A stretch of 64,000 nt of DNA, taken from the NCBI GenBank assembly GCA_004294095.1, contig RDZR01000026.1:16411-80410 (forward strand), read 5' to 3'. Shown piece after piece: positions 9,405-18,088 of this stretch. Both the position numbers and the translations under genes were made by a program. Numbering within the stretch: position 1 is the stretch's first letter; the number at the start of each line of letters is the position of its first letter. The notes beneath the pieces were generated by a model. The model was not told the origin of the DNA, made no database searches, and worked only from the letters and a program-made list of their open reading frames with translations. The DNA comes from Verrucomicrobiota bacterium (lineage in GTDB: Bacteria > Verrucomicrobiota > Verrucomicrobiia > Verrucomicrobiales > Akkermansiaceae).

Positions 9405-10220
9405 ATGTGGACTGAAGCTCGCACCTTTGAGGATATCCGATACGAAATAACCGACGATGGACAGATTGCAAAAATCACCATCAATCGCCCAGAAGTGCGC
9501 AATGCCTTCCGCCCGAAGACGGTGACGGAAATGTTAGAAGCCTTCGATCTTGCCCATCAGGATCCGAAAGTGGGCGTGATCATTCTAACAGGCGAAGGCG
9601 ACTTGGCATTTTGCTCCGGTGGCGATCAAAAAGTCCGCGGCCACGCTGGCTACATCGGCGATGACGGCGTGCCGCGCCTCAATGTGTTAGATTTGCAAAA
9701 AAAGATTCGTTCACTGCCGAAGCCCGTCGTCGCCATGGTCGCTGGCTATGCGATCGGCGGCGGGCACGTCTTGCATGTGGTGTGTGATCTCACGATTGCC
9801 GCGGATAACGCGCGTTTCGGGCAAACAGGCCCGCGAGTGGGATCATTTGATGGAGGTCTTGGATCGAGCTATTTAGCACGCATCGTCGGCCAGAAAAAAG
9901 CGCGGGAAATTTGGTATCTTTGCCGCCAATACGACGCGCAACAGGCATTGGCCATGGGCTTGGTCAACACCGTCGTGCCACTGGCGGATTTAGAAAAAGA
10001 AACGCTGCAATGGTGCCGAGAAATGTTAGCGCATTCACCACTCGCGCTGCGGTGTTTGAAGTCTGCCTTAAATGCGGATTGCGACGGGCAAATTGGCCTG
10101 TTAGATTTAGCGGGCAATGCGACGTTGCTTTACTACATGAGTGAAGAAGGGCGCGAAGGAAAGCAGGCGTTTCTGGAAAAACGTGCGCCGGATTTTTCTC
10201 AATTTCCACGCGTGCCCTAA
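9405..10220 (+). CDS. menB: 1,4-dihydroxy-2-naphthoyl-CoA synthase
   Basis: Crotonase fold with '[14 protein letters not shown]', '[11 protein letters not shown]' and '[20 protein letters not shown]...[13 protein letters not shown]', which is highly characteristic of MenB. Confidence 0.93.
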   Translation: MWTEARTFEDIRYEITDDGQIAKITINRPEVRNAFRPKTVTEMLEAFDLAHQDPKVGVIILTGEGDLAFCSGGDQKVRGHAGYIGDDGVPRLNVLDLQKKIRSLPKPVVAMVAGYAIGGGHVLHVVCDLTIAADNARFGQTGPRVGSFDGGLGSSYLARIVGQKKAREIWYLCRQYDAQQALAMGLVNTVVPLADLEKETLQWCREMLAHSPLALRCLKSALNADCDGQIGLLDLAGNATLLYYMSEEGREGKQAFLEKRAPDFSQFPRVP

Positions 10221-10227
10221 TGCCCAA

Positions 10228-11106
10228 ATGATCCGCGCTTGTTGGTTGGCAATTCGCCCAAAGACACTGCCCGCAGCCATCGTGCCGGTTTGGTGCGGTT
10301 GCGTTTTATCTTGGAAATTATCGGGTGAGTTCAATCAATCACTCGCATGGGCAACTCTGTTAGGCGCGATATTGATTCAAATGGCGACGAATTGCTTCAA
10401 CGATGCGATCGACGCACGCAGCGGAGCGGATACCGAAAAACGCCTTGGCCCGCGACGCGTCACTGCCTCGGGCATGCTTTCTTTCAAGCAAGTGATGGCG
10501 ATGGGCGCGGGCTTCGTTCTGTTAGCAACTTTATGCGGTGGCTATTTATATCTGCATCGCGGCTGGCCTGTGCTTGCCATCGGAGTGCCATCGTTGATCT
10601 TGGCCTATGCCTACACCGGCGGGCCATTTCCACTCGCATCGAATGGCTTGGGCGAGGTTTTTGTCCTGCTTTTTTTTGGTTGGGTGGCGGTGGCAGGAAC
10701 TGTCTTTATGCAGATGGGGACTTGGCCGATCGAAAGTTGGCTGTTAGGCGCGCAAGTAGGCTTGCTTTCTGCCGTGCTGATTTCCATCAATGCCTTTCGC
10801 GATCAAGCGGAGGATGCCGCTACTGGCAAGCGGACCTTGGCCGTGCGCTTGGGGCCGAAGTGGATGCTTCTGATTCTTTGGTTGGAAATTAAGCTCACGG
10901 TTTTCGTCGGTTTATTGTGGGCACCTCTTGGCTTTCCGATGTGGGTGCTGGCTGGCGGCGTGATCTGGTTGCTCGGCATTCGCATTTTATGGGGCGTGAT
11001 GACGCAGCCGCCCGGACCTTCGATGAATCGCCTGTTGGCACTCGCTGGGGTGCAGTTGATTCTCTTCGCGGCCGCATTTCATGGGCTCGCCCTGATTAAG
11101 ATGTGA
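10228..11106 (+). CDS. menA: 1,4-dihydroxy-2-naphthoate polyprenyltransferase
   Basis: UbiA-family membrane protein with 'NCFNDAIDARSGAD' (NDxxD motif). The ATG at 10228 gives the typical 'WLAIRPKTLPAA' N-terminus. It follows menB. Confidence 0.88.
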   Translation: MIRACWLAIRPKTLPAAIVPVWCGCVLSWKLSGEFNQSLAWATLLGAILIQMATNCFNDAIDARSGADTEKRLGPRRVTASGMLSFKQVMAMGAGFVLLATLCGGYLYLHRGWPVLAIGVPSLILAYAYTGGPFPLASNGLGEVFVLLFFGWVAVAGTVFMQMGTWPIESWLLGAQVGLLSAVLISINAFRDQAEDAATGKRTLAVRLGPKWMLLILWLEIKLTVFVGLLWAPLGFPMWVLAGGVIWLLGIRILWGVMTQPPGPSMNRLLALAGVQLILFAAAFHGLALIKM

Positions 11107-11180
11107 GTTGTTAGGCGCGCTGGGTGGAACTTCGCCTTGTCGAACGAGCGGCATCGACCTATGAACGACTCCACCGGATT

Positions 11181-12824
11181 ATGATTTTATCAACTCGTTT
11201 CTTCGCATCGCTCACGGTCATCATTTTGGCTCACTTGTTTTTTTTGGGTATTTCCACCGCGACTGACTTTAAGCCCGCCTATCCTGAGCTAGCAGATGGC
11301 TCCAAACAATATGCCACGATCCCAATTCCGTTAGAAAAGTATCCTGAAGTCGATGGTGGCCTGTTCGAGGTGCTCAAAGCACGGGCTGCAATGGATCCAT
11401 TTAATTTGGCGGCTTCAATCATTTTTTTACTCGCCATCGTGCATACCTTTCTTGCCGGATTTTTCAACAAGCTGGCGCACCATTATGAGCATGAGCATCA
11501 GCGCCGGATCGCCGAACACGGGCCAAAAGATGAGGCTCATCCAGATGGCGAGCCCGATGTTTCATTTCGCGCCACGCTATTCCATTTTCTTGGTGAGGTA
11601 GAAGCGATTTTCGGAATTTGGACGATCGCCCTCGCGGCCGTGGCAACTTATTATCACACTTGGTTGGATTTCGAATTATACGTGAGCAAAGACCGAGTTT
11701 ACACGGAACCTTTATTCGTCGTCGTGATCATGGCAATCGCGGCAAGTCGGCCTGTTCTACGCTTTGCTGAACGTTTGATGGCTGTGGCTGCTTCAATCGG
11801 TGGCGGCACTCCTGGCGCGTGGTGGTTGAGCGTGCTGATCATCGCGCCAACTCTCGGATCATTCATTACCGAGCCCGGGGCGATGACGATTGGGGCTTTG
11901 CTCTTGGCGAAAAAATTCTATCAATTCAAGCCATCTCCCAAGCTGGCTTATGCGACGCTTGGCTTGCTTTTTGTCAACATTTCTGTGGGTGGCACGCTCA
12001 CTCACTTCGCGGCGCCACCGGTGCTCATGGTCGCTGGCAAATGGGGCTGGGATATGCTATTTATGGTAGAGCATTTTGGCTGGAAGGCCTTCGTAGGGAT
12101 TTTAATCTCCAGCAGTCTTTACTGGATTTTCTTCAAAAAAGAATTGAGCAATCTGCGTCTCCACAACGCCAATGAAGAAGGCTCGCCGACCATGGTGCCA
12201 TGGACTGAACGCGAGACGGACATCCCGTGGTGGATCACCTTGGTGCACGTTTCATTTCTGGGATGGACCGTTTACACCGCCCATTTTCCGGCACTCTTCA
12301 TCGGTGGATTTTTGTTTTTCTTGGCCTTTCTCATGGCCACTCGTCACCACCAAAACTCGGTCTCGATGCGCAGCCCAATGCTCGTCGGCTTTTTCCTCGC
12401 CGGCTTAGTCATTCACGGTGGATTGCAAGCATGGTGGATCGCACCGGTCATTCAATCTCTCTCTGATCAATCACTGATGTTAGGAGCCACGATTCTAACA
12501 GCCTTCAACGACAATGCAGCCATTACTTACTTAGCATCACAAGTGGAAGGCATCTCGATTGGTGCCAAACATGCGGTGGTGGCAGGTGCCGTCACAGGTG
12601 GTGGCCTCACGGTGATTGCCAACGCCCCGAATCCCGCTGGGCAAAGCATTCTTAGCAAATACTTCAACAATGGTGTTTCACCGCTCGGATTGTTTTTAGG
12701 AGCGTTGATTCCGACGCTTGTGGTCTATGCATGTTTCGTTTTTCTGCCAAGCGGACCAGCCAAAGTGCATGATCCGCATGCTGCATCGCAGGCACCCGCC
12801 GCGCTGGAAATGACTAGCAAATAA
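11181..12824 (+). CDS. Large polytopic membrane transporter, putative Na+/H+ antiporter-like family (DUF1504-like)
   Basis: About 12 hydrophobic helices and a 'FNDNAAITYLA' motif that I associate with the putative Na+/H+ antiporter family. The family assignment is from memory and has not been searched. Confidence 0.5.
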   Translation: MILSTRFFASLTVIILAHLFFLGISTATDFKPAYPELADGSKQYATIPIPLEKYPEVDGGLFEVLKARAAMDPFNLAASIIFLLAIVHTFLAGFFNKLAHHYEHEHQRRIAEHGPKDEAHPDGEPDVSFRATLFHFLGEVEAIFGIWTIALAAVATYYHTWLDFELYVSKDRVYTEPLFVVVIMAIAASRPVLRFAERLMAVAASIGGGTPGAWWLSVLIIAPTLGSFITEPGAMTIGALLLAKKFYQFKPSPKLAYATLGLLFVNISVGGTLTHFAAPPVLMVAGKWGWDMLFMVEHFGWKAFVGILISSSLYWIFFKKELSNLRLHNANEEGSPTMVPWTERETDIPWWITLVHVSFLGWTVYTAHFPALFIGGFLFFLAFLMATRHHQNSVSMRSPMLVGFFLAGLVIHGGLQAWWIAPVIQSLSDQSLMLGATILTAFNDNAAITYLASQVEGISIGAKHAVVAGAVTGGGLTVIANAPNPAGQSILSKYFNNGVSPLGLFLGALIPTLVVYACFVFLPSGPAKVHDPHAASQAPAALEMTSK

Positions 12825-12829
12825 CCATT

Positions 12830-13447
12830 ATGTTTACCGGCCTCATCGAAGCCATTGGCGCGGTGCGTCACATCCAACAGTTAGGCGAGCAAGCAAAACT
12901 CAGCCTCGATTTACCATTCCGCGATGAACTCGCACTCGGTGATTCCGTCGCGATCAACGGCTGCTGTCTCACGGTAAGTCGTTTTGCCGAAGATGCCGTG
13001 GAGTTCGATTTGTTAGAGCAAACTTTGCGCGTGACTGCACTCGGATCTCTAACCGCTGGCTCTCACGTCAATCTCGAACGCGCCATGATTCTCGGCGGGC
13101 GCATGGGCGGCCACTTGGTGCAAGGACATGTCGATGGCGTTGGCATCATCGAGAAAATCGAAGCCCGCGGCCAAGATCACATCATCCATGTCCGCCTGCC
13201 GCATGAGATCGCTACCCTCTGCATCGAAAAAGGCTCACTCGCCGTCGATGGCATCTCCCTTACCATCGCCGAGCTCGCCGATACGCTCGCCACATTTTGG
13301 ATCACCCCCCACACATGGCAAATGACCCACCTCGCCCACACCCGCGAACAAAGCCAAGTCAACCTCGAAGCCGATATGCTCGCAAAAATGGTCTATCAAT
13401 TCATGACCGCCCGCCAACTCACGCCAGCGAAAGATCAGAACCCCTGA
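12830..13447 (+). CDS. ribE: Riboflavin synthase alpha chain
   Basis: 'MFTGLIEAIG', 'GDSVAINGCCLTV', 'NLERAM..GGRMGGHLVQGHVDG' and 'GSLAVDGISLTI' form the duplicated lumazine-binding repeats. Confidence 0.93.
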   Translation: MFTGLIEAIGAVRHIQQLGEQAKLSLDLPFRDELALGDSVAINGCCLTVSRFAEDAVEFDLLEQTLRVTALGSLTAGSHVNLERAMILGGRMGGHLVQGHVDGVGIIEKIEARGQDHIIHVRLPHEIATLCIEKGSLAVDGISLTIAELADTLATFWITPHTWQMTHLAHTREQSQVNLEADMLAKMVYQFMTARQLTPAKDQNP

Positions 13448-13768
13448 CCTCATGCGAGTCGGAACGCAGCGAATGTCTTTAAAATCAAGGGGTTTGATCC
13501 TCTGAGCGGTTGGAGATCAAATTTGGTGAAAATGATACCGAAGTCGGCTCGGTGAATGACGACCTCAGCATGCCCCCCAGAGTTACAGGATTGCGCAAGC
13601 CCGTGGCAGTGTGGCAGCTTTGCTCATGCCGAAGATGCAATTGCCCATTTTTCTCCAATGAATCCATCTCATCACGCCGCACCTCGGCTATCAGCGCGAT
13701 GGCATCGTTTACCTCCACGGCATGATGCCCGTTTTCCTTCACCACTGCAATTCGCGGCCTCTTTCAAA

Positions 13769-14032
13769 ATGATCGTCAGCCAGTTCTATATTAACGGCAA
13801 CGCAAAGCAGGCGGAGTTAGTCCGCATGTTCGGCATCCAACCTCTCGCCCTCAAACGTTGGGTAAAAAGATACCGCACCGATGGTCCCAAGGCGTTTTTT
13901 GAAACCTGCCGCAAACGACATCCAACGCCCAAAAAAAGTCTCTGGACCAAGCTCACTCGCCAGACCCAGTCACCGCCCAACCCGCCGCCCCGCGAGGCAT
14001 CGCCGCCACCGACGAAAACAGGCGAGTGCTAG
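13769..14032 (+). CDS. Transposase-type helix-turn-helix fragment (N-terminal DNA-binding part only, low-complexity P-rich tail)
   Basis: 'AELVRMFGIQPLALKRWVKRYRTDGPKAFFE' matches the HTH + 'W..RY...G' pattern of IS630/IS481-type transposase N-termini. No DDE domain follows. It sits at the left island edge. Confidence 0.45.
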   Translation: MIVSQFYINGNAKQAELVRMFGIQPLALKRWVKRYRTDGPKAFFETCRKRHPTPKKSLWTKLTRQTQSPPNPPPREASPPPTKTGEC

Positions 14033-14358
14033 CCAGTCTCGGCAAAATCGCCGACCCCCAATTCGGCAGATGGTATTAACCTAAAAAACTAACGGGGTAA
14101 CATGCGTTTCAAATCAGTATCATCTTAAAGTCACCCCAACTCTGCCGAGGTCAGGTGTTCTCAAAATGCCTAACATGCCATGGCTTTAGGCAAGAAATTA
14201 TGCGGCCAGTATTCGTTAGCTGTTTGAATTCACGGCAGATACAATGGCTTCCGCGGAATGTGATTGTTGATCCTCCCGACTAACTTGAATGTCATGCGGC
14301 GGTGGGACAGAACGATTAGTAAGGTGGTCATTCCGCGCAGGGAAGCATGACCCATTCC

Positions 14359-15609
14359 TCAATTCTGTTTGGCCACGTTTGCGTCGACAATTCGGAGAAC
14401 CACTCTCCGGTTTGCGGATGGCGAGCCCTCCTGTGGCCTCACATACAAAGGCCTGGAGGATCCATGACCGATCGCAGAGACGCGACTGGCGTCTACGCCA
14501 GAGCGAATCAAAGCGTCACGCACAGAACCCGCCCGTCTTTCAGAGAGCCGTTGGTTGTGTTGTGCAGTACCTTCCGCTGATGTGTGACCCTCCACCACAA
14601 ACTTTGTAAATTGATAGCTTGGGTCGCGGAGCGCGGCTGCCGCTGACTCCAGCAGGGGAGTGCTTTCCTCACGAATTTTGGCAGAATCGAGATCGAAAAT
14701 GATCAGTAACGATACCTCCCTCAACGCTTTGAGGGACTCTCTTATCCCATCGGTTTGCTTAGGTTCCGGGGCCGCAGGTGCCGACGGCATGCTTGGCTGT
14801 CTTACAACCCGCACTGATCTTGTCGGAGCAACCCGCATTTCGACGGTTGTGTCCTGAGAATCCAAAGCGACTGGGCGCTCTGTGGCAAGTGAGCCATACT
14901 GGATCGAGGCACCCTGCCCTTGTATCCAGGCCGTGACGAATCTACGCACTGACGCTCTGTGGATGTCGTTCATGAAATCTGCGTCCACCGAGGTGTCATT
15001 CCACACAACACTGACATTGGATAACAGATCTCCCCTCGTGGCGAACGGCGTCTCATTGATTGTGGCTTGAAGATGCCCATCACTGGGAAAACGGCCTTCG
15101 TTGAAGGAAAACGCGGGCTCCTCACTATCCTGATTGAGCGTAGAGGAAGTGATCATCACCCTGCGAGTGTCGCTAGACATGTTTTCCCTGATTAGCGTGA
15201 ACAATTTCGGCAGGCTAATGATGGGTGCTTGATCATTAGCTATGGCTTTGATCAATTTCATAGCCGCGGCGACTTCCTCGTTAGCGGAAGCAAGGTCAAC
15301 CCTGTTTTCACCCGACTGCAATGCGAGCTGAGGCGTAATTGTGAACGCCGCAGTGCTCGCCAAAGGACCAGAAATCAAGGTGATCGTATCTCCGGCACCA
15401 CCGTTAATCAGGCAATCTTTCCATTGTTTAAAACTGATCGCCCTTGGCACTGTCTCATTAAAGACCAGCAGAACACTTCCCTGTGCAGGAGTTGCCTTGG
15501 CGTTATCATGATCCTTGCCACCACAGGAAACCATGAAGAGTGACGCTGCGGCGATGAGCAATGTAGTGATGCTGGTTTTCATAGGGGTTGTGGTGGTTTG
15601 TTGATTCAT
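14359..15609 (-). CDS. OmpA-domain lipoprotein (peptidoglycan-binding C-terminus, unknown N-terminal domain)
   Basis: Lipobox-like 'LLIAAASLFMVSCGG'. The C-terminus 'FDLDSAKIREES...VEGHTSAEGTAQHNQRLSERRAGSVRDAL' is the canonical OmpA_C motif. The start is ambiguous (15582, 15609 or the TTG at 15627). Confidence 0.8.
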   Translation of the reverse strand: MNQQTTTTPMKTSITTLLIAAASLFMVSCGGKDHDNAKATPAQGSVLLVFNETVPRAISFKQWKDCLINGGAGDTITLISGPLASTAAFTITPQLALQSGENRVDLASANEEVAAAMKLIKAIANDQAPIISLPKLFTLIRENMSSDTRRVMITSSTLNQDSEEPAFSFNEGRFPSDGHLQATINETPFATRGDLLSNVSVVWNDTSVDADFMNDIHRASVRRFVTAWIQGQGASIQYGSLATERPVALDSQDTTVEMRVAPTRSVRVVRQPSMPSAPAAPEPKQTDGIRESLKALREVSLLIIFDLDSAKIREESTPLLESAAAALRDPSYQFTKFVVEGHTSAEGTAQHNQRLSERRAGSVRDALIRSGVDASRVSAIGHGSSRPLYVRPQEGSPSANRRVVLRIVDANVAKQN

Positions 15610-15648
15610 ATTGGCTATGCGTGACAAAAAGAGTCCTGCGCGTGATAA

Positions 15649-16740
15649 CTACGCACGCTCCTGAAGACCATAATGGTAGATGGTGATACCTTCAGAGATG
15701 AAAAGGTCTCGCTCATGCTGGATCATCTGAAGACGCCCCTCGGCACTACCATGCTGGTTTGCCCTATCATGGAAATCGACATGAAGTTTATCCAAATCTC
15801 TTTTTACATTACCGTGGTGAGGATTCTTGATTTTTCCACTGTGATACCGTTTTGTAAGCATGAGGATCACACAGGATAGCGAAAGGGCTCCGGCGCTCAG
15901 CTCAAACAAGATCCACTTTTGTGTCAAATTACCACCCCGCATCAATTCGGATACGGATTCTTCCGGTGCTATTGCCAGCTTTTGTTCGGCCGTTAGTCCG
16001 TTGCGGACAGTCATAACTCCAAGTCCAAGAATGAAATTGCCGAAAGCAAAAGCAAATGGGATCAAGATCAATACGAGCAGCAGTTTCTTGAACCGATTGC
16101 TGGTTACAATATGCAACAAAACCTCCCCAACCATTCCGGCGATTAACAGAATCGCTCCCATGCCGTAGGTAAGAAACGGGTGATTGGTAAAAAGTGGTGA
16201 GTGAGTACCCTCGAAATGGGCCTTCATCGTTAACGGCGATAAAATCACCAGAATCGCGAGTGCCACAGCAGGAATGACCAGCATTATCCAATCTCCCGGG
16301 GTGAATGGCTTCTTTTCTACGTCGTCATTCAAAAACTGCGGCGTATTTGCAAGCTCCTTTGAGACGCGGAGCAATTCCTTCCTTGTTGCCAAACAGTTGC
16401 TCTTTTTGACTTCAGTGATTCTTGTAAGCGGCCCGACTAGCGGTGCGTAGTGCCGGTCAAAGACGGAACTCACAATCGCTTTGACGTTTTCAACGCTTCC
16501 GCTCTTATTCACGACCTGTTGCTGGATCGCGGCATACGGCATCATCGGCTTTTCATAAGTCTGATAGAAACGCTCGAAAGTATCTTTGTCGGGGATGCTT
16601 GAAGGCAAATAATCGACTTCGATTTGATCATCATCCGTATCAACAGCATCAGATGCACCACCCACAGAGTTTGTGACTTCACTGAGATCTTCAGTATTGA
16701 GATCGGCTTCTTTGTTCGCGTTGTTTTTCTGAGTGCTCAT
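15649..16740 (-). CDS. Hypothetical 4-TM membrane protein (acidic N-terminal cytoplasmic domain, C-terminal helical tail)
   Basis: A 363-aa ATG-initiated ORF with four clear hydrophobic helices between about aa 150 and 290. I recognise no family. Confidence 0.6.
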   Translation of the reverse strand: MSTQKNNANKEADLNTEDLSEVTNSVGGASDAVDTDDDQIEVDYLPSSIPDKDTFERFYQTYEKPMMPYAAIQQQVVNKSGSVENVKAIVSSVFDRHYAPLVGPLTRITEVKKSNCLATRKELLRVSKELANTPQFLNDDVEKKPFTPGDWIMLVIPAVALAILVILSPLTMKAHFEGTHSPLFTNHPFLTYGMGAILLIAGMVGEVLLHIVTSNRFKKLLLVLILIPFAFAFGNFILGLGVMTVRNGLTAEQKLAIAPEESVSELMRGGNLTQKWILFELSAGALSLSCVILMLTKRYHSGKIKNPHHGNVKRDLDKLHVDFHDRANQHGSAEGRLQMIQHERDLFISEGITIYHYGLQERA

Positions 16741-16819
16741 GGTGTTGGTGTCTGGTTTCTGTAGTTAGTGCGTTCGATGATCGGTCTTGCTTGTGACGAA
16801 AGTTGTTTATGGAGATGGA

Positions 16820-16850
16820 GATTCTGTTGCCAGGCTCACAGTGCCCCGAT
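16820..16850 (-). repeat. Copy 1 of the conserved leader/promoter motif (minus-strand sense ATCGGGGCAC-N3-GAGCCTGGCAACAGAATC)
   Basis: The 18-nt core GATTCTGTTGCCAGGCTC is identical in all three copies, and GTGCCCCGAT is conserved. It lies 80 nt upstream of the ATG at 16740. Confidence 0.8.
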
Positions 16851-16873
16851 ACTTAGTAAGTCCCGTTGAACGG

Positions 16874-16891
16874 CTAGCCAAAGTCTCCCAT
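16874..16891 (-). CDS. Mini-ORF MGDFG* with its own Shine-Dalgarno (AAAGGAG at 16900-16906)
   Basis: Minus-strand sequence ATG GGA GAC TTT GGC TAG. Its paralog at 17981-18004 keeps the peptide while all four third positions differ. It overlaps the 3' end of the 108-aa ORF 16874-17200. Confidence 0.45.
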   Translation of the reverse strand: MGDFG

Positions 16892-17200
16892 AGTATTTTC
16901 TCCTTTCATAAGTATTGCATGACAGAATTGGGAACCACCGTGACGGAGTTCGTCTCGGGATTGCGAACCCGAAGTAACGAGCGGTTTGTTTCCAACTAGT
17001 TTCACGTCGAAGTGCTCGACGTGCCCATCCATGTGGTGGATCTCGGCGAACTCATCGGGCTTGGCTATGCAGAGCTTGACGCCGCTCCAATAAGCCTTTG
17101 CTGCTGGATTGCTACGAGTCATGGTGATGCTGGCTTTCATGGCAGAGGCTGACTGGATCTTCTTGCGAGAGTAGCTTTTGATTTTCACTCTGGTGCTCAA
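16874..17200 (-). CDS. Hypothetical 108-aa ORF (TTG start); reality uncertain
   Basis: An ORF sits at the position expected downstream of repeat copy 2, 76 nt from the motif. There is no family match and no convincing SD. Its last 5 codons coincide with the conserved mini-ORF. Confidence 0.35.
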   Translation of the reverse strand: MSTRVKIKSYSRKKIQSASAMKASITMTRSNPAAKAYWSGVKLCIAKPDEFAEIHHMDGHVEHFDVKLVGNKPLVTSGSQSRDELRHGGSQFCHAILMKGENTMGDFG

Positions 17201-17275
17201 TGTTTGATGTGTGACTGACTACCCCCCTTCCGTGACGACCTCTGTTTTGGTTCACTCCTCTTTATCGAGATTTTG

Positions 17276-17307
17276 GATTCTGTTGCCAGGCTCCTATGCG
17301 CCCCGAT
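17276..17307 (-). repeat. Copy 2 of the conserved leader/promoter motif
   Basis: The same 18-nt core is followed by CTATGCGCCCCGAT. It lies 76 nt upstream of the TTG at 17200. Confidence 0.8.
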
Positions 17308-17398
17308 GCTGGATTAGTTGATTCGTTATTAATTCTTTATTCTGTATTACCTCCGTTCTTATGATCACTGCGTGACGCTATCCGAGTTTTCCGTGACA

Positions 17399-17869
17399 TC
17401 ATTCGTTTATATGCTTCCATTCCGGTATCGTTAGGAAATGCTCAAATGCGATTGGCCACCCTCCTGATGCACATATCGCATAGTGATAATCTCGTATTTT
17501 CCCATCACGCACGATTGTCTCAGGAGTGTCATCGAGAAATTCGATGCATTCTTCTTGCTTCGAAACCGTTATTCCCAGAGCCGACAAGTTGATCATGCCA
17601 CATTGACAGCAGATTTGAGGTTTGTGCGGCGGAGTTGTATATTCATGCGCCGTGTGGTAATACACGTTAGCAAGTGAAGGCAGTGCGTGAATGCAATCTG
17701 ATGTTCTCGCAGACACATGCAACAAGTCTTTCTTCACTTGACGTAATGCAATGTCTAGTGATGCGCCTTCTATCAAACAGATGAAGTATTTATGCCAAGT
17801 AGGCCGCTCTGGCAGCGTGTAGGAAAATGACACGATCCATTTTTGGTTTCTTTCTGTATGGTTTTTCAT
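17399..17869 (-). CDS. Hypothetical 156-aa protein, paralog of 18089-18550
   Basis: Alignable blocks shared with the 153-aa neighbour: 'FICLIEGASLDIAL' vs 'FLSCLVQGTSLREAL', 'ALPSLANVYYH' vs 'SLPSGAKVYLH', and 'YAICASGG..IAFEHFLTIPE' vs 'YAIRNSDGRIIRLEPFLILPD'. Confidence 0.65.
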   Translation of the reverse strand: MKNHTERNQKWIVSFSYTLPERPTWHKYFICLIEGASLDIALRQVKKDLLHVSARTSDCIHALPSLANVYYHTAHEYTTPPHKPQICCQCGMINLSALGITVSKQEECIEFLDDTPETIVRDGKIRDYHYAICASGGWPIAFEHFLTIPEWKHINE

Positions 17870-17926
17870 ATAATTCTAGCGTAATAGAATATCGTTCATT
17901 CGAACGGATGATATTTGGTAAATTGA

Positions 17927-17958
17927 GATTCTGTTGCCAGGCTCTCTAGTGCCCCGAT
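17927..17958 (-). repeat. Copy 3 of the conserved leader/promoter motif
   Basis: The same 18-nt core is followed by TCTAGTGCCCCGAT. It lies 58 nt upstream of the ATG at 17869. Confidence 0.8.
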
Positions 17959-17980
17959 TCTTAATCAGTGTTTCAGCGTA

Positions 17981-18004
17981 TTAGTCGCCTCCGAAATCGC
18001 CCAT
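17981..18004 (-). CDS. Mini-ORF MGDFGGD* with a strong Shine-Dalgarno (AAAGGAGGA at 18012-18020)
   Basis: Minus-strand sequence ATG GGC GAT TTC GGA GGC GAC TAA, with a 7-nt spacer after the SD. It lies in a 220-bp stretch otherwise lacking any ORF. Confidence 0.45.
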   Translation of the reverse strand: MGDFGGD

Positions 18005-18053
18005 ATTGATGTCCTCCTTTCGTGTGTATTGCGTGACCTCTGGCGAGTTGATC

Positions 18054-18070
18054 GTGACAGCAAGTGTCAC
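18054..18070. promoter_or_regulatory. Inverted repeat GTGACA-N5-TGTCAC just after the stop of 18089-18550
   Basis: Perfect 6-bp arms that share the GTGAC core recurring in all intergenic regions of this sub-cluster. Confidence 0.4.
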
Positions 18071-18088
18071 GTTCCAAATATCCCCATC

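Noticed and set aside
13485-13745. Minus-strand 86-aa ORF and plus-strand ORFs 13510-13725 / 13556-13768 next to the HTH fragment
   Set aside because: There are no recognisable motifs, the frames overlap one another, and the composition is low-complexity. They are probably non-coding debris around the transposase remnant.
13448-14358. tRNA gene, att-type direct repeats, or integrase at the island borders
   Set aside because: I looked for tRNA-like T-arm/acceptor sequences and for repeats of 15 nt or more shared between 13.4-14.4 kb and 39.0-39.5 kb, and saw none by eye. No integrase or recombinase ORF is present. Only transposase fragments mark the borders.
14359-16740. MotA/MotB- or ZorA/ZorB-like stator pair (Zorya-type defence)
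   Set aside because: The OmpA-domain protein has a lipoprotein signal (…VSCGG) rather than a MotB-type N-terminal TM helix with the conserved Asp. It also carries a large extra domain. The 4-TM protein shows no MotA/ExbB-like motifs that I can recognise.
16820-17958. Interpretation of the repeated CCTGGCAACAGAATC core as a sigma54 (-24/-12) promoter
   Set aside because: TGGCA fits the -24 element, but the position where the invariant -12 GC should lie reads TC/CA in all three copies. No sigma54 enhancer-binding AAA+ activator is encoded nearby, and the adjacent receivers lack that domain.
16820-17958. CRISPR array or MITE explanation for the three repeats
   Set aside because: There are only three copies, the spacing is irregular (456 and 651 bp), and the intervals contain genes. 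The copies have no palindromic CRISPR-like repeat structure and no cas genes are present.
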